Shown here in pieces: positions 20,127 to 30,487 of a stretch of 64,000 nt of DNA (the first letter of the stretch is position 1; each line of letters starts with the position of its first letter). The DNA is from Nitrospirota bacterium (GTDB lineage: Bacteria > Nitrospirota > UBA9217), in the NCBI GenBank assembly GCA_963796285.1, contig CAWCKW010000001.1, positions 64,001 through 128,000 on the forward strand. Reading direction: 5' to 3'. The notes under the pieces were generated by a model. That model searched no databases, had not been told where the DNA came from, and saw nothing but the letters and a program-made list of their open reading frames with translations. Made by a program: the position numbers and the translations under genes.

Positions 20127-21083
20127 TTAACCAGTTTTAATTAGAATAATCCATCCCGTCACCACGAGATTCACCAGCGACAGCGGCAGCATCACCTTCC
20201 ACCCGAAGGACATCAATTGATCATACCTCGGCCGGGGGAGCGATGCCCGGAGCAGGATGAAGAAACAGATGAACACGAATGTCTTTAAGGAAAACCAGAT
20301 CACGGGCGGCAGCAGCGGTCCCAGCCATCCGCCAAAGAACAGCGTTACCGTGAGCGCCGAGATGAGCGTGATCGCCAGATACTCGCCGATAAAGAACATG
20401 CCGAACTTCATTCCCGAATATTCGGAATGGAACCCGGCGACAAGCTCGCTCTCGGCCTCGGGAAGGTCAAAGGGCAGGCGGTGCGTCTCCGCAATACCGG
20501 CGATGAAGAAAACGACGAACCCGATGAACTGCGGTAGGATGAACCATCCGCCTTGCTGCGCCTCAACGATCTCGCGCAGGTTGAAGGACCCCGCGAGCAT
20601 TACCACGCCCATGAGCGACAGGCCCATGAAGACCTCGTAGCTCAGCATCTGCGCGACCGAGCGCAGGCCGCCGAGGAGCGAATACTTGCTGTTCGATGCC
20701 CAGCCCGCCAGGGCCACGCTGTAAACGCCCATGGACGACATGGCGAGGAAGAACAGCAGCCCGATGTTCAGGTCAACGACCTCGATGCCCGGCGCAAAGG
20801 GGATGACGGTAAAGGACATGAGCACGACTACCATGATCACCGCCGGTGCGATAATGAACACGGCCTTGTCCGCAAAAGGCGGGACCCAGTCTTCCTTCGC
20901 GAATATCTTGATCGAGTCCGCCAGCACCTGCAAGAGGCCGAACGGCCCCACCCGGTTCGGGCCATACCGGTCCTGCCACAGCGCCAGGAGCCTGCGCTCG
21001 AGCCAGATCAGCATACTGCCGATGGTAAGCACCACGAAGAGGATGCTGAAGAGAATGATGAGATGTAATATCGTTTCAGTCAT
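20127..21083 (-). CDS. nuoH: NADH-quinone oxidoreductase subunit H
   Basis: [47 protein letters not shown]. Confidence 0.96.
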   Translation of the reverse strand: MTETILHLIILFSILFVVLTIGSMLIWLERRLLALWQDRYGPNRVGPFGLLQVLADSIKIFAKEDWVPPFADKAVFIIAPAVIMVVVLMSFTVIPFAPGIEVVDLNIGLLFFLAMSSMGVYSVALAGWASNSKYSLLGGLRSVAQMLSYEVFMGLSLMGVVMLAGSFNLREIVEAQQGGWFILPQFIGFVVFFIAGIAETHRLPFDLPEAESELVAGFHSEYSGMKFGMFFIGEYLAITLISALTVTLFFGGWLGPLLPPVIWFSLKTFVFICFFILLRASLPRPRYDQLMSFGWKVMLPLSLVNLVVTGWIILIKTG

Positions 21084-21095
21084 GGCTTATCTGAT

Positions 21096-23609
21096 CTATT
21101 CTGAGTGGATCAATTTTGCACGTTCAACGATAGCCGGTGATTGTGCGCTCAATTCTTCTGATCCGAAGATGTTATAAACAGGTATCTCCGCCTGTTTACC
21201 CTTCGTATGATTTAGAGCTTCCGTCGTGAGATTGAAATACACAGGCTGAACTGTTGTTCCCGCCCCAATCAGGCTTTCCCCTATATCACCGCCTTTGAGG
21301 GGCCCGCCCACGTCCTGCTGGAACTTGTTCAAGGCCTGGACGGAATTCCAGCCCGGCGACCAGTAGCGGGTGATCAGCGACGGGGGAGGCTGGTCCTGAT
21401 ATCCCTCCATGGAAAAAGCAAGGGGAGAATCAGCGTCATTCGGCGGCTTTGGTTCATGCAAGCGGATGTTGGCGATCATGGCTGTGCGCCCGCTGTAGCG
21501 GTGCGGCTGGCGAGGGATCTTCTGCCCTTGTATCCTCCAATCAGCGGATGGCGCACTACTCACGGCAGGTCCGAATACCGGCATTGCAGCTGACATATCT
21601 TTCGCGATGTCATCGAAAGATTGCCATGTTGTCGATTTTCCGATCGTGGCCAGTATATCACGGATCCACTTCCAGCTTTCCTGAATGTCATGGTTCGGTT
21701 TGAATACCTGATAGAACCGCTGTGCCCGGCCTTCATTGTTCATCAAAGTTCCCTGGGCTTCCGCAAAAGTAGCAGCGGGCAGGGCGACATCCGCTTTTGA
21801 TGATGTCGGATTGACCAGGGAGTCAAGCACGATGATGTTCTTTGCATGATCCAATACTTCATCGACGATCTTTGCATCAGCCCTGCGAAAAAGGTCATTT
21901 TCAAGGATGATCATCGTATCGGCCTGACCGTCCCGGATGGATTTGAATGCCTCATCCAGGTTCTTACCCTTCATGAGAGCGAGTCCCATGGTATTACATT
22001 CCAGGACCGTGTAACAGAGGCCGGCCTGCTTCCCAATCGAGCAAAGGGCCCATGCAATATTGGCGGCTGCCTCAATGATCGCCTGGCTCATGCATCCGGT
22101 GCCGCTCACGATAACTGGACGCTTTGCATTCTTGAGCGCCGCTGCTATTTCCTTTGCTAGCGCTCTGACATCGGGTGATTGGTCTGGAACCGCGGGAACA
22201 TGCTGATCCAATTCATTTGCCACCGCAATACCGAGCCCTGCGATGTCGGCGGCCGAAGCCTGGTAGGTTTTTGTTGCAACATCATCCAACTTCGACTTTG
22301 AACCGGACGCTATGTAGATCGGTGTTTCTGAATTCTGTCCCGCGTTCCTGACCGCATTATCGTCCCAGCCGGGTATCTTCATAGCTGCCGCTGTCTCGCG
22401 TTGCTTGTTCTGAGCTGACTGACGGATCGAGAGCGCGAGCATCGGGGCTGTGTTGGTCACATCTTCACCGAGAACAAAAACCGCATCCGCAGACTCGATC
22501 TCATGCAGGGAAGGCGTGCGCGCAGGACCTTTTTGAAGAATGTCTACGATAGACCCCATGAGCGTGTGTTCCTGGCCGGACAGGCCTGAGCAGAAGTTGT
22601 CAGGACCGACAAGGGTGCGAAGGGCAAAGTTCGATTCAAGCGACGCACGGGGCGATCCGATGCCGATCATGACTTTGTTTTGGGACAGCATCTTCTTGAT
22701 CCTGCTGATCGCTGCGGTCTTGTCCGCAGGTGCCTGGCCTTCCTGTGCAGTTGCTTTAAGCAGCGCTTTTCTGATTCTGCGCCCGCTGTTCACGAATTCA
22801 TATCCAAACCTGCCGCGGTCGCAGAGGAAATAACCGTTGATCTCATAATTGTAGCGGTTCAATATTCTGCGGAGGGTGCCGTACCGTTCACCGGGAATCG
22901 TGTTGCAGCCGATGCCGCAATGAACGCAGATCGACGGCGCGGTCTGAAGGTCCCATTTTCGAGTAAAGTGCTGTTTGAGCGTTTTATCCGTAAAAACCCC
23001 GGTGGGGCAGACTTCGACCAGGTTCCCGCTGAACACGTTTTCGAGCGCGCCCTCTTCATGCCTGCCGAAATAGACGTTATCATGGGACGCGAATACAGAA
23101 AAGTCGCGGCCACCCGCATAATTACGATAGAACCTGACACAGCGATAGCATTGGATGCACCGGTTCATTTCATGATTGATGAAAGGGCCGAGGTCCTGGT
23201 TCCGTTGAGTGCGTTTTTTGAACCGCGTCCGCCGGTAAGTATGGCCGGTCATGACCGTCATGTCCTGAAGGTGACATTCGCCGCCCTCGTCGCAGACCGG
23301 ACAATCATGGGGATGGTTCAACATGAGCCATTCGATCACGCTCGACCTGAAGGCCCGAGCATCGGCATCGTCAATAGATAATCGCATTCCCTCGGCAACC
23401 GGTGTCATGCAGGACATGGTGATCCTGCCGCGCGTATCCTTGTCATCCTTGAACAGTTTGACAGCGCATTGACGGCATGCGCCCACAGAGTGCAGGGCAG
23501 GGTGCCAGCAGAAGTAGGGGAGATCGAACCCCAGCGAGAGGCAGGCCTGGAGGAGGTTCTGGCCTTCTTTGACTTGATGGGGTTTATTGTCTATATAGAT
23601 CGTAAACAT
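21096..23609 (-). CDS. nuoG: NADH-quinone oxidoreductase subunit G (with N7-type CVHCGIGC motif)
   Basis: FCWHPALHSVGACRQC, NHPHDCPVCDEGGECHLQD, CIQCYRC. Confidence 0.95.
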   Translation of the reverse strand: MFTIYIDNKPHQVKEGQNLLQACLSLGFDLPYFCWHPALHSVGACRQCAVKLFKDDKDTRGRITMSCMTPVAEGMRLSIDDADARAFRSSVIEWLMLNHPHDCPVCDEGGECHLQDMTVMTGHTYRRTRFKKRTQRNQDLGPFINHEMNRCIQCYRCVRFYRNYAGGRDFSVFASHDNVYFGRHEEGALENVFSGNLVEVCPTGVFTDKTLKQHFTRKWDLQTAPSICVHCGIGCNTIPGERYGTLRRILNRYNYEINGYFLCDRGRFGYEFVNSGRRIRKALLKATAQEGQAPADKTAAISRIKKMLSQNKVMIGIGSPRASLESNFALRTLVGPDNFCSGLSGQEHTLMGSIVDILQKGPARTPSLHEIESADAVFVLGEDVTNTAPMLALSIRQSAQNKQRETAAAMKIPGWDDNAVRNAGQNSETPIYIASGSKSKLDDVATKTYQASAADIAGLGIAVANELDQHVPAVPDQSPDVRALAKEIAAALKNAKRPVIVSGTGCMSQAIIEAAANIAWALCSIGKQAGLCYTVLECNTMGLALMKGKNLDEAFKSIRDGQADTMIILENDLFRRADAKIVDEVLDHAKNIIVLDSLVNPTSSKADVALPAATFAEAQGTLMNNEGRAQRFYQVFKPNHDIQESWKWIRDILATIGKSTTWQSFDDIAKDMSAAMPVFGPAVSSAPSADWRIQGQKIPRQPHRYSGRTAMIANIRLHEPKPPNDADSPLAFSMEGYQDQPPPSLITRYWSPGWNSVQALNKFQQDVGGPLKGGDIGESLIGAGTTVQPVYFNLTTEALNHTKGKQAEIPVYNIFGSEELSAQSPAIVERAKLIHSE

Positions 23610-23631
23610 ATTTTCTCTGATTGCTGATCAT

Positions 23632-24903
23632 CTAGTGCCATGGGCATTTCTTATCCTGTATGTGTTTCGCAAAGTCTTCGCGGAAGTACTTGAGCGCGCT
23701 TTGGAGCGGCTCAACGGCGCCCGGCGCAAGAGCGCAGTAGGTATTGCCGGGACCGAGCAGCCTGCATTGCTGCGCCAGCAGATCGATGTCGCCTGGCTCT
23801 CCCCCTCCGGTCTCGATCGCATGGAGAATCTTCTCTATCCACGGGAGGCCTTCGCGGCAGGGCGTGCACCAGCCGCAGGATTCCCGTCTGAAAAAGACTT
23901 CAAGGTTGTGGACAAACCCGACAGGGCAGGTCTTGTCGTCGAGCACGATCATGGTGCCGGTGCCCATGCGGCTGCCGGCTTTCATGACCGAGTCGAAGTC
24001 CATCTTGATATCCAGATGTTCTGCAACCAGAAAGTCGGTTGAAGCACCTCCGGGGATCAAGCCGCGGAACTGATAGCCGTCCAGCATGCCGCCCGCGTGC
24101 TCCTCAAGCAGCTCCCGGATGGTCATGCCCATGGGCAGTTCCCATGCCCCGGGCTTCCTTACCCTGCCGCTGACACCGTACAACTTGGTCCCGCCGTCAG
24201 GGCTTGAGCTCAAACCCTTGAACCAATCAGGTCCGTTGTTCACGATATGAGGTATGTTCGCGATAGTTTCCGCATTGTTCACGATCGTGGGTCTGCCGAA
24301 GAGGCCGCAGACCTGGGGGAAGGGCGGCTTCGCTCTCGGCGTGGCACGTTTCCCTTCAAGGGCGTTCAAAAGCGCGGTCTCCTCGCCGCAGATATAGCGG
24401 CCCGCACTCGCATGGATGCGGAGGTCGAGATTGAAGCCAGAGCCGAGGATATTCGTGCCGAGATAGTTGTGCTCATAAGCTTCGGCAATGGCCGCTTCAA
24501 GCCGATGCGCCGCCAGTTTGTATGCCCAGCGGATGAAGATGAATGCCTGCTGCGCTTCAATGGCATAGGCGCTGGTGATCACACCCTCGATGATCTGGTG
24601 GGGGTCGCCTTCAAGCAACATCCGGTCCTTGAATGTTCCCGGCTCCATCTCGTCGGCATTCACGACCAGATATTTAGGGCGCGGCGCGTCTTTTCCCATG
24701 GGAACGAAGCTCCACTTTGCGCCCGTAGGAAAACCAGCTCCTCCGCGGCCGCGCAGGTTCGATGCCTTGACGATGTTCTGGACATCCTGCGGAGACATCG
24801 CAAGCGCTTTGCGCACAGACTGGTAGCCGCCGGTTTTCTCGTAGTCTTTCAGAGAAAGCGGCTCCTGGCCAGCGCGTATGTTTTTTGTGAGTGGTCGTTC
24901 CAT
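23632..24903 (-). CDS. nuoF: NADH-quinone oxidoreductase subunit F
   Basis: LRGRGGAGFPTG, NADEMEPGTFKDR, YICGEETAL, ESCGWCTPCREG. Confidence 0.96.
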   Translation of the reverse strand: MERPLTKNIRAGQEPLSLKDYEKTGGYQSVRKALAMSPQDVQNIVKASNLRGRGGAGFPTGAKWSFVPMGKDAPRPKYLVVNADEMEPGTFKDRMLLEGDPHQIIEGVITSAYAIEAQQAFIFIRWAYKLAAHRLEAAIAEAYEHNYLGTNILGSGFNLDLRIHASAGRYICGEETALLNALEGKRATPRAKPPFPQVCGLFGRPTIVNNAETIANIPHIVNNGPDWFKGLSSSPDGGTKLYGVSGRVRKPGAWELPMGMTIRELLEEHAGGMLDGYQFRGLIPGGASTDFLVAEHLDIKMDFDSVMKAGSRMGTGTMIVLDDKTCPVGFVHNLEVFFRRESCGWCTPCREGLPWIEKILHAIETGGGEPGDIDLLAQQCRLLGPGNTYCALAPGAVEPLQSALKYFREDFAKHIQDKKCPWH

Positions 24904-24917
24904 GGTACTTTATTTGA

Positions 24918-25382
24918 CTATGGGTAATTCTCCAGGATCTTTTCCATCATCTCCGGGGTCACGGGCCCGTACAAGTCCTCACCAACCATCATGGCCGGGG
25001 CGCGGTCGCAGGCGCCGAGGCAGGAGATGGGGAGGAGTGTGAAACGCTCGTCCTCTGTCGTTTCTCCGAATCGAATGCCGTGGGTCGTCTTCAGAAGTTG
25101 CAACAGCGGATTGTAGCCCATGACCCAGCAACTGATGCTGTCACATATCAGGATCACGTGCCTGCCCACTGGCTTCCGAAAAATAAAACTGTAAAATGTC
25201 GCAACTGCATCCAACTCATCGGGCGTCATCTCGAGCATTCGCGCAACTTCCTTGAGGCTCTCATCCGATACCCAGCCTTGGTGGCGCTGTACGATGTTCA
25301 GCGCTTCAATTGAAGCTGACTGCTTCGTCACGCAGTGTGCCAGTTCAACGTTGATTTTCTGTATTTCGATTTCGCTCAGCAT
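24918..25382 (-). CDS. nuoE: NADH-quinone oxidoreductase subunit E
   Basis: VATFY, CDSISC...CLGAC 2Fe-2S ligands. Confidence 0.95.
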   Translation of the reverse strand: MLSEIEIQKINVELAHCVTKQSASIEALNIVQRHQGWVSDESLKEVARMLEMTPDELDAVATFYSFIFRKPVGRHVILICDSISCWVMGYNPLLQLLKTTHGIRFGETTEDERFTLLPISCLGACDRAPAMMVGEDLYGPVTPEMMEKILENYP

Positions 25383-25388
25383 TTCAAT

Positions 25389-25781
25389 TTACCTCCTCTC
25401 CCCGAGGGGAGAGGATAGAGGTGAGGGGGTGTGTTGTCTTTGTTCTATTGCTCTCAAAATTGCTTCGTATATTCCTTCTTTGTTTAGCAATATATCCCTA
25501 TTGTTGAATCTGATAATATGTATGCCCCGCGCTGACAGCGCCTTTTCTCTCTCTGCGTCATGCGTCGCGCCCTTATTTTCATAATGCTGGCCGCCGTCTG
25601 CTTCAATGGCAATTTGCAATTCAGGTGCATAGAAGTCCAGGATGTATTTGTCGATAGAAAACTGTCGTCTGAATTTAATACGAGCCAATCGTCGATCGCG
25701 TAAGAGCGACCAAAGATTTCTTTCCGCGTCAGTTTGATTTCTGCGAAGTTCTCTGCTTCTCGGTATATTGGGTCGTTTCAA
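25389..25781 (-). CDS. DUF559 endonuclease-domain protein
   Basis: LRRNQTDAERNLW, KFRRQFSIDKYILDF, IEADGGQH, IIRFNN. Confidence 0.88.
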   Translation of the reverse strand: MKRPNIPRSRELRRNQTDAERNLWSLLRDRRLARIKFRRQFSIDKYILDFYAPELQIAIEADGGQHYENKGATHDAEREKALSARGIHIIRFNNRDILLNKEGIYEAILRAIEQRQHTPSPLSSPLGERR

Positions 25782-25824
25782 CTTCCCCCCTCACCCCAGC
25801 CCTCTCCCCACAGGGAGAGGGAGA
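25392..25824 (-). mobile_element. Second inverted-repeat-bounded DUF559 cassette (nuoCD/nuoE)
   Basis: cctctccccgaggggagaggatagaggtgaggggg vs cccccctcaccccagccctctccccacagggagaggg. Confidence 0.8.
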
Positions 25825-25831
25825 ATTCTAA

Positions 25832-27581
25832 TCATCTATCCAAATCCGCCAGAATAAAATCAATGCTCCCGATGATCGCCACAAGGTCGGCGATCATCAG
25901 CCCCTTGCTGATCTTCGGCACCATCTGCATATGGGCGAACGAAGGGGTCCTGATGCGGGTACGGTAGGACATGGTATTGCCGTCGCTGATGAGATAGTAT
26001 CCGTTGTTCCCCTTGGTCGCCTCGATGCCCATGAACGCCTCGCCGGCAGGTATCACCGGTCCCCAACTGACGCCGAGGAAGTGGTTGATGAGCGTCTCGA
26101 TGTCATGCATGGTGCGTTCCTTGCGGGGCGGCGTCGTGAGCGGATGGTCTGATTTGTATCCGCCTTCAGGCATGTTGTTCACGCACTGTTCGATAATGCG
26201 CAGGCTCTGTCGTATTTCCTCGACGCGCACGACCCCGCGGTCGTAGCAGTCGCCATGGGTTGCCGTGGGGATATCGAACTCGAAGTTCTCATAGCCGGAA
26301 TACGGCCGCTTCTTTCTAAAGTCCCAATCGAATCCGCAGGCGCGGAGACCGGGACCGGTCACTCCCCAGTCGATGGCCTCGTCCTTGGTATAGATGCCGA
26401 CACCCTTGGTGCGGGCCTTGAATATCCTGTTCCGCATCACGATCGTGTCGTATTCCTTGAGCCGGGGAGGCAGGTATTTGAGAAAGTCGCGCACGAGCCT
26501 GTCCCATCCCTTCGGCAGGTCCATGGCCACGCCGCCGATCCGGAACCACGCAGGATGCATGCGTCCGCCGCAGATCGCCTCGACGATATCGAAGATACGC
26601 TCGCGGTCCGTGAACATATAGAACACCGGCGACAGCGCGCCCACGTCCTGGGCAAAGGTGCCGTACCAGACAAGATGGCTCGCGATGCGGAAGAGCTCGG
26701 CCATCATCACGCGGATGGTCTTTGCCCGGTCAGGCACCTCGATGCCCGCGAGCTTTTCGACCGCAAGGCAGTAAGCCATATTGTTCATAACGCCGCCAAG
26801 GTAGTCGACGCGGTCGGTGTAGGGGATATAGGTGTGCCAGGACTGGCGTTCGGCCATCTTTTCAGCGCCGCGGTGGTGATAGCCGATGTCGAGCACGGCG
26901 TCGGCGATCTCCTCGCCATCGAGCTGTAGGACGATGCGTAACAGTCCATGGGTGCCGGGGTGCTGTGGCCCGAGGTTCAGGAACATGAAGTCCGAGTCTT
27001 CAGAAACGCGTTTCAATCCCCAATCTTCGGGTCTGAACTTGAGCGCGGCCTGCTCTTTTTCTTCTTTTTCATCAGACAGCTCGAACGGGCCCATCTCGGT
27101 GGCCCGCGCAGGGTGGTCCTTGCGAAGGGGATGGCCGTTCCAGGTCGGAGGCATCAGGATCCTTTTCAAGTGCGGGTGGCCGTCGAACGTTATCCCGAAG
27201 AGGTCCCAAACCTCGCGCTCGTACCAATTGGCTGACTGCCAGAGGTTGGTGATCGTGGGGAATGACGGCGGATTATTCCGTGAGCGGCACCTTGATGCGG
27301 ATGTCCTCATTCCGGTCAAAGGAAAGGAGATGATATACGACCGTGAATTCACTCGCCGGCTGGTCCTGGCGATGATTGCGAACGCGCTCATCGATGGCCG
27401 TAAGGTCGTAGAGCATCTTATAGGGACGGTCGACACCTGTCTTAAGATGTCTCAAAACATCGTTGACCTTGTCGTGTGACACCCAGAGTGTGGGGATCTC
27501 ATCGCGCGTGGTCTGTTCGGCGAGAATGGAGTCGCCGAAGGTTGTTTTGAGGTCAGTGATGATGGGGTTGTTTGAGGGCAT
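25832..27581 (-). CDS. nuoCD: Fused NADH-quinone oxidoreductase subunit C/D (frameshift near 27280)
   Basis: [53 protein letters not shown]. Confidence 0.93.
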
Positions 27582-27591
27582 AGGGTGAATG

Positions 27592-27834
27592 CAAATGTCA
27601 AATTACAAAGCTCAGAGTTTAAAGGAATGTCAAAACGTCAATGTTTAATTTGATTATTTTGAGTCTGTATTTAATATCCTTTTTCGTCATGCCGGACTTG
27701 ATCCGGCATCCAGCGGTTTTATGAAAAGACTGGATTCCTGCCGCCGCAGGAATGACGAGCTTGAGAGAAACAGCAATGAAAATGCAAACTATATTTTGTA
27801 GTTTGATTTGTACTTTAGATTTTGAAATCTGAGC
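27592..27834. repeat. Heptamer-periodic inverted-repeat element at nuoB/nuoCD
   Basis: caaatgtcaaattacaaagctcag...tttgatttgtactttagattttgaaatctgag. Confidence 0.65.
27685..27757. repeat. REP-like palindromic element nested in the previous element
   Basis: cgtcatgccggacttgatccggcatccag...ctggattcctgccgccgcaggaatgacg: terminal IR with two internal hairpins. Confidence 0.75.
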
Positions 27835-27842
27835 TTATTCCG

Positions 27843-28457
27843 CTACACTTCATCGGGCGATCTCAGGACCGTGGCCTTTTGCCGCTCTTCCCGTTTCAGG
27901 TCCCGCATGCACGGTTTCTCCGGCCGCACGATGCCCTGCGGCCCGGCGATCCAGCTCAAGGGCCTGCGTTCTTTGCCGACCTGCTCACGCAGCATCAGCA
28001 GACCTTCCATAAAGGCCTCGGGCCGGGGAGGACAACCGGGCACGTACACGTCAACGGGCATGAACTTGTCCACGCCCTGGACCACGCTGTAGATGTCGTA
28101 CATGCCGCCGGAGTTGGCGCAGGAACCCATGGAGATGACCCATCGCGGCGCCATCATCTGTTCATAGAGCCGCTTGATGATCGGCGCCACCTTGATGAAC
28201 ACCGTACCGGCAACGATCATCATGTCCGCCTCTCGCGGCGTTCCGCGGATCACCTCCGCGCCGAAGCGCGCAATATCGTACTTGCTCGTCAGACTCGTGG
28301 CCATTTCAACATAGCAGCAGGAGAGGCCGAAGTTGAACGGCCAGATGGAGTTCTTCCTCCCCCAGGCGAGCATGTCCTGCATCGTCGTGAGGATCACGCT
28401 TTGGCGCATCGCGTCTTCCGCGGAACCGTGGTCAGGTCTGGTTAAAGAATAGTTCAT
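27843..28457 (-). CDS. nuoB: NADH-quinone oxidoreductase subunit B
   Basis: [30 protein letters not shown]. Confidence 0.96.
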   Translation of the reverse strand: MNYSLTRPDHGSAEDAMRQSVILTTMQDMLAWGRKNSIWPFNFGLSCCYVEMATSLTSKYDIARFGAEVIRGTPREADMMIVAGTVFIKVAPIIKRLYEQMMAPRWVISMGSCANSGGMYDIYSVVQGVDKFMPVDVYVPGCPPRPEAFMEGLLMLREQVGKERRPLSWIAGPQGIVRPEKPCMRDLKREERQKATVLRSPDEV

Positions 28458-28472
28458 GAAGCCTTTCGGAAA

Positions 28473-28582
28473 GTTCAAATGTCAAAATTCAAAGTTTAAA
28501 TCAATCCTTAACCAAAAAAATTCAAATTTCACGCTTGTTGTTTTTTTTATTTCGAACGTTGATCTTTGAACTTTGAAATTGA
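28473..28582. repeat. Heptamer-periodic inverted-repeat element at nuoA/nuoB
   Basis: ttcaaatgtcaaaattcaaagttt vs ttcgaacgttgatctttgaactttgaaatt; overlaps the nuoA 3' end. Confidence 0.65.
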
Positions 28583-28966
28583 TTTTGCAAATGTTCCCCA
28601 CTCCAGTGCGCCGATCCGCCAGAGATAGACGAGCGTGGCAGTCAGGACACCGATGAAGACCAGCATCTCCCCATAGCCCAACCATCCATTCTCCCTGATG
28701 GACACTGCCCAGGCAAAGATGAACACGGCCTCGAGATCGAAGATGACGAAGAACATGGCGATGAGGTAGAATTTGATGTCAAAGCGCACCCGTGCCGTGC
28801 CGGTGGACACGATCCCCGACTCATAGGGCTCATCGGTCTGTTTTTCCCGGTGCCGTTCGCCGAGGAGCGAGGAGAGGACGATGATGATCGATACGAGGAC
28901 GATGACTGCGAGGAAATACACGCCGAGCGGCCAGAGCGCGGTTGTGTCTGCTGTTGGTTGCGTCAT
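28547..28966 (-). CDS. nuoA: NADH-quinone oxidoreductase subunit A
   Basis: PYESGI, KFYLIAMFFVIFDLEA, GALEW. Confidence 0.95.
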   Translation of the reverse strand: MTQPTADTTALWPLGVYFLAVIVLVSIIIVLSSLLGERHREKQTDEPYESGIVSTGTARVRFDIKFYLIAMFFVIFDLEAVFIFAWAVSIRENGWLGYGEMLVFIGVLTATLVYLWRIGALEWGTFAKSISKFKDQRSK

Positions 28967-29103
28967 GTGCAAAGAATAGCACAGAGGGGGATAAAGTCAA
29001 GCAGGAGATGACTGCAAACAGGTGACACTGCTCGACGCTGGAATATAGGATGCGCATGCGGGGCAAGTCATACGTGGTGCTTCATTTGTTATCAGCGGGG
29101 AAC

Positions 29104-29130
29104 AAAAAAAGCGGGGCATCTCTGCCCCGC
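29104..29130 (-). terminator. Intrinsic terminator of the octaheme gene
   Basis: GCGGGGCA-gaga-TGCCCCGC plus T7 on the minus strand. Confidence 0.75.
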
Positions 29131-29140
29131 CACAGTGTTT

Positions 29141-30487
29141 CTATTTTGCGGTTGTACCGCCATACCGCTCATTGTAGAACTTCTGGATCTTGTCAAGCTG
29201 CTCTTTGGTCATGCCCTTGGTATACCACTCGTGCCTGACATCGGTCTCGAGGTATTGTTTCACGATCTCGTTATAGAGCTCCGGACCGGCAACGTTCTTT
29301 ACCTCGGGCAGGAACTCGGTATAGAAGTTCTTGGCCACATCATAGATACCATGCCACCACGCATAATCGGGGCCGGACATGGCCGCGCCGTGCCTTGCTC
29401 TTCTGCCTTCATGGTGCCACAGCTCCCAGTATATCCAGTCCAGCTTGTCGTCGAAATTCGCCTTTGTAAGCTTGCCCTTGTCCATCAGTTCCTGCCTGAT
29501 CGCGGTCGCGGGTTTTGCGAATTTGTCGTCATACAGATTGACAAGATTATCGAACTGTTTATAGAACCCTTCCACGAAGGGCGTTGAATGGCAGCTGTTA
29601 CAGACGTTCTGCATGGCAGCGCGCTTTTTATCCGCGTTCTCCATCTTCTTCGAAATGGGCGGCCGAAGCGTCCAGCTGATCCGGGCGCCTACGTCATGGG
29701 TCACTGCCTGGGTCGGCGTGGCGCTCATATGGCAGGTGGCGCAGGTGGGGGCGGCGGAATAATCCTGTCCAACGACCCACTTGTCCTTGTGCATGTTCAT
29801 CCGTTCCTTGTTGGCCTCGTAAAGGATCCCGTGCTTTGATTCCTGATATACTTCCATCTGCGGATGGTCAGGGCCGAGATGGCATTTACCGCAGGTCTGG
29901 GGTTCTCGTGCCTGCGCTTTTGAGAAACTGTGGCGCGCATGGCAGGCCGAGCAGGACCCCTTGGAGCCGTCGGGGTTTATTCTGCCGATGCCCGTGTTCG
30001 GCCAGCTATTGGTGTCGAGCTTACCATTTGCCAGGACCTTGACAATACCTCCATGGCACTGCAGACAGCCGACCGCAACGGCCTCCTGTCCACCCACGAC
30101 CTCGCCGAGATAGTTGTCCGCGGAATTGAGGATGTCCCCGGCTTTGGCATGGTGGCTCTCGGTCATCTCCTTTTCTTCCTTAGCGTGGCATTTGCCGCAG
30201 TCCTTGGGAGTGACGAGGATCGCGATCGTATATCCATTGTGCTCCATGGCATCAGGATCGGACTTCTCCGCCTTGTGGCAGGTGTAGCAGTCTACGCCTT
30301 TTGCCGCGTGGGTGCTCAGCTTCCATTCCGTGACAAAGGCTGGTGACTGTGCCTCGTGACAACCTATGCAGGCCTGACCTTCTTTTGATACTTTTAGCTT
30401 TGCCGCTTCGCCCGACCCGGCATGGAACGTCATGACCATGCTGAGCACCACTGATAGAACAATGATCGATACCTGGTTCCTTTTCAT
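29141..30487 (-). CDS. Octaheme c-type cytochrome, hydroxylamine oxidoreductase (HAO) family
   Basis: Signal peptide; eight CxxCH; CHLGPDHPQMEVYQESKHG; WHHEGRRARHGAAMSGPDYAWWHG. Confidence 0.88.
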   Translation of the reverse strand: MKRNQVSIIVLSVVLSMVMTFHAGSGEAAKLKVSKEGQACIGCHEAQSPAFVTEWKLSTHAAKGVDCYTCHKAEKSDPDAMEHNGYTIAILVTPKDCGKCHAKEEKEMTESHHAKAGDILNSADNYLGEVVGGQEAVAVGCLQCHGGIVKVLANGKLDTNSWPNTGIGRINPDGSKGSCSACHARHSFSKAQAREPQTCGKCHLGPDHPQMEVYQESKHGILYEANKERMNMHKDKWVVGQDYSAAPTCATCHMSATPTQAVTHDVGARISWTLRPPISKKMENADKKRAAMQNVCNSCHSTPFVEGFYKQFDNLVNLYDDKFAKPATAIRQELMDKGKLTKANFDDKLDWIYWELWHHEGRRARHGAAMSGPDYAWWHGIYDVAKNFYTEFLPEVKNVAGPELYNEIVKQYLETDVRHEWYTKGMTKEQLDKIQKFYNERYGGTTAK

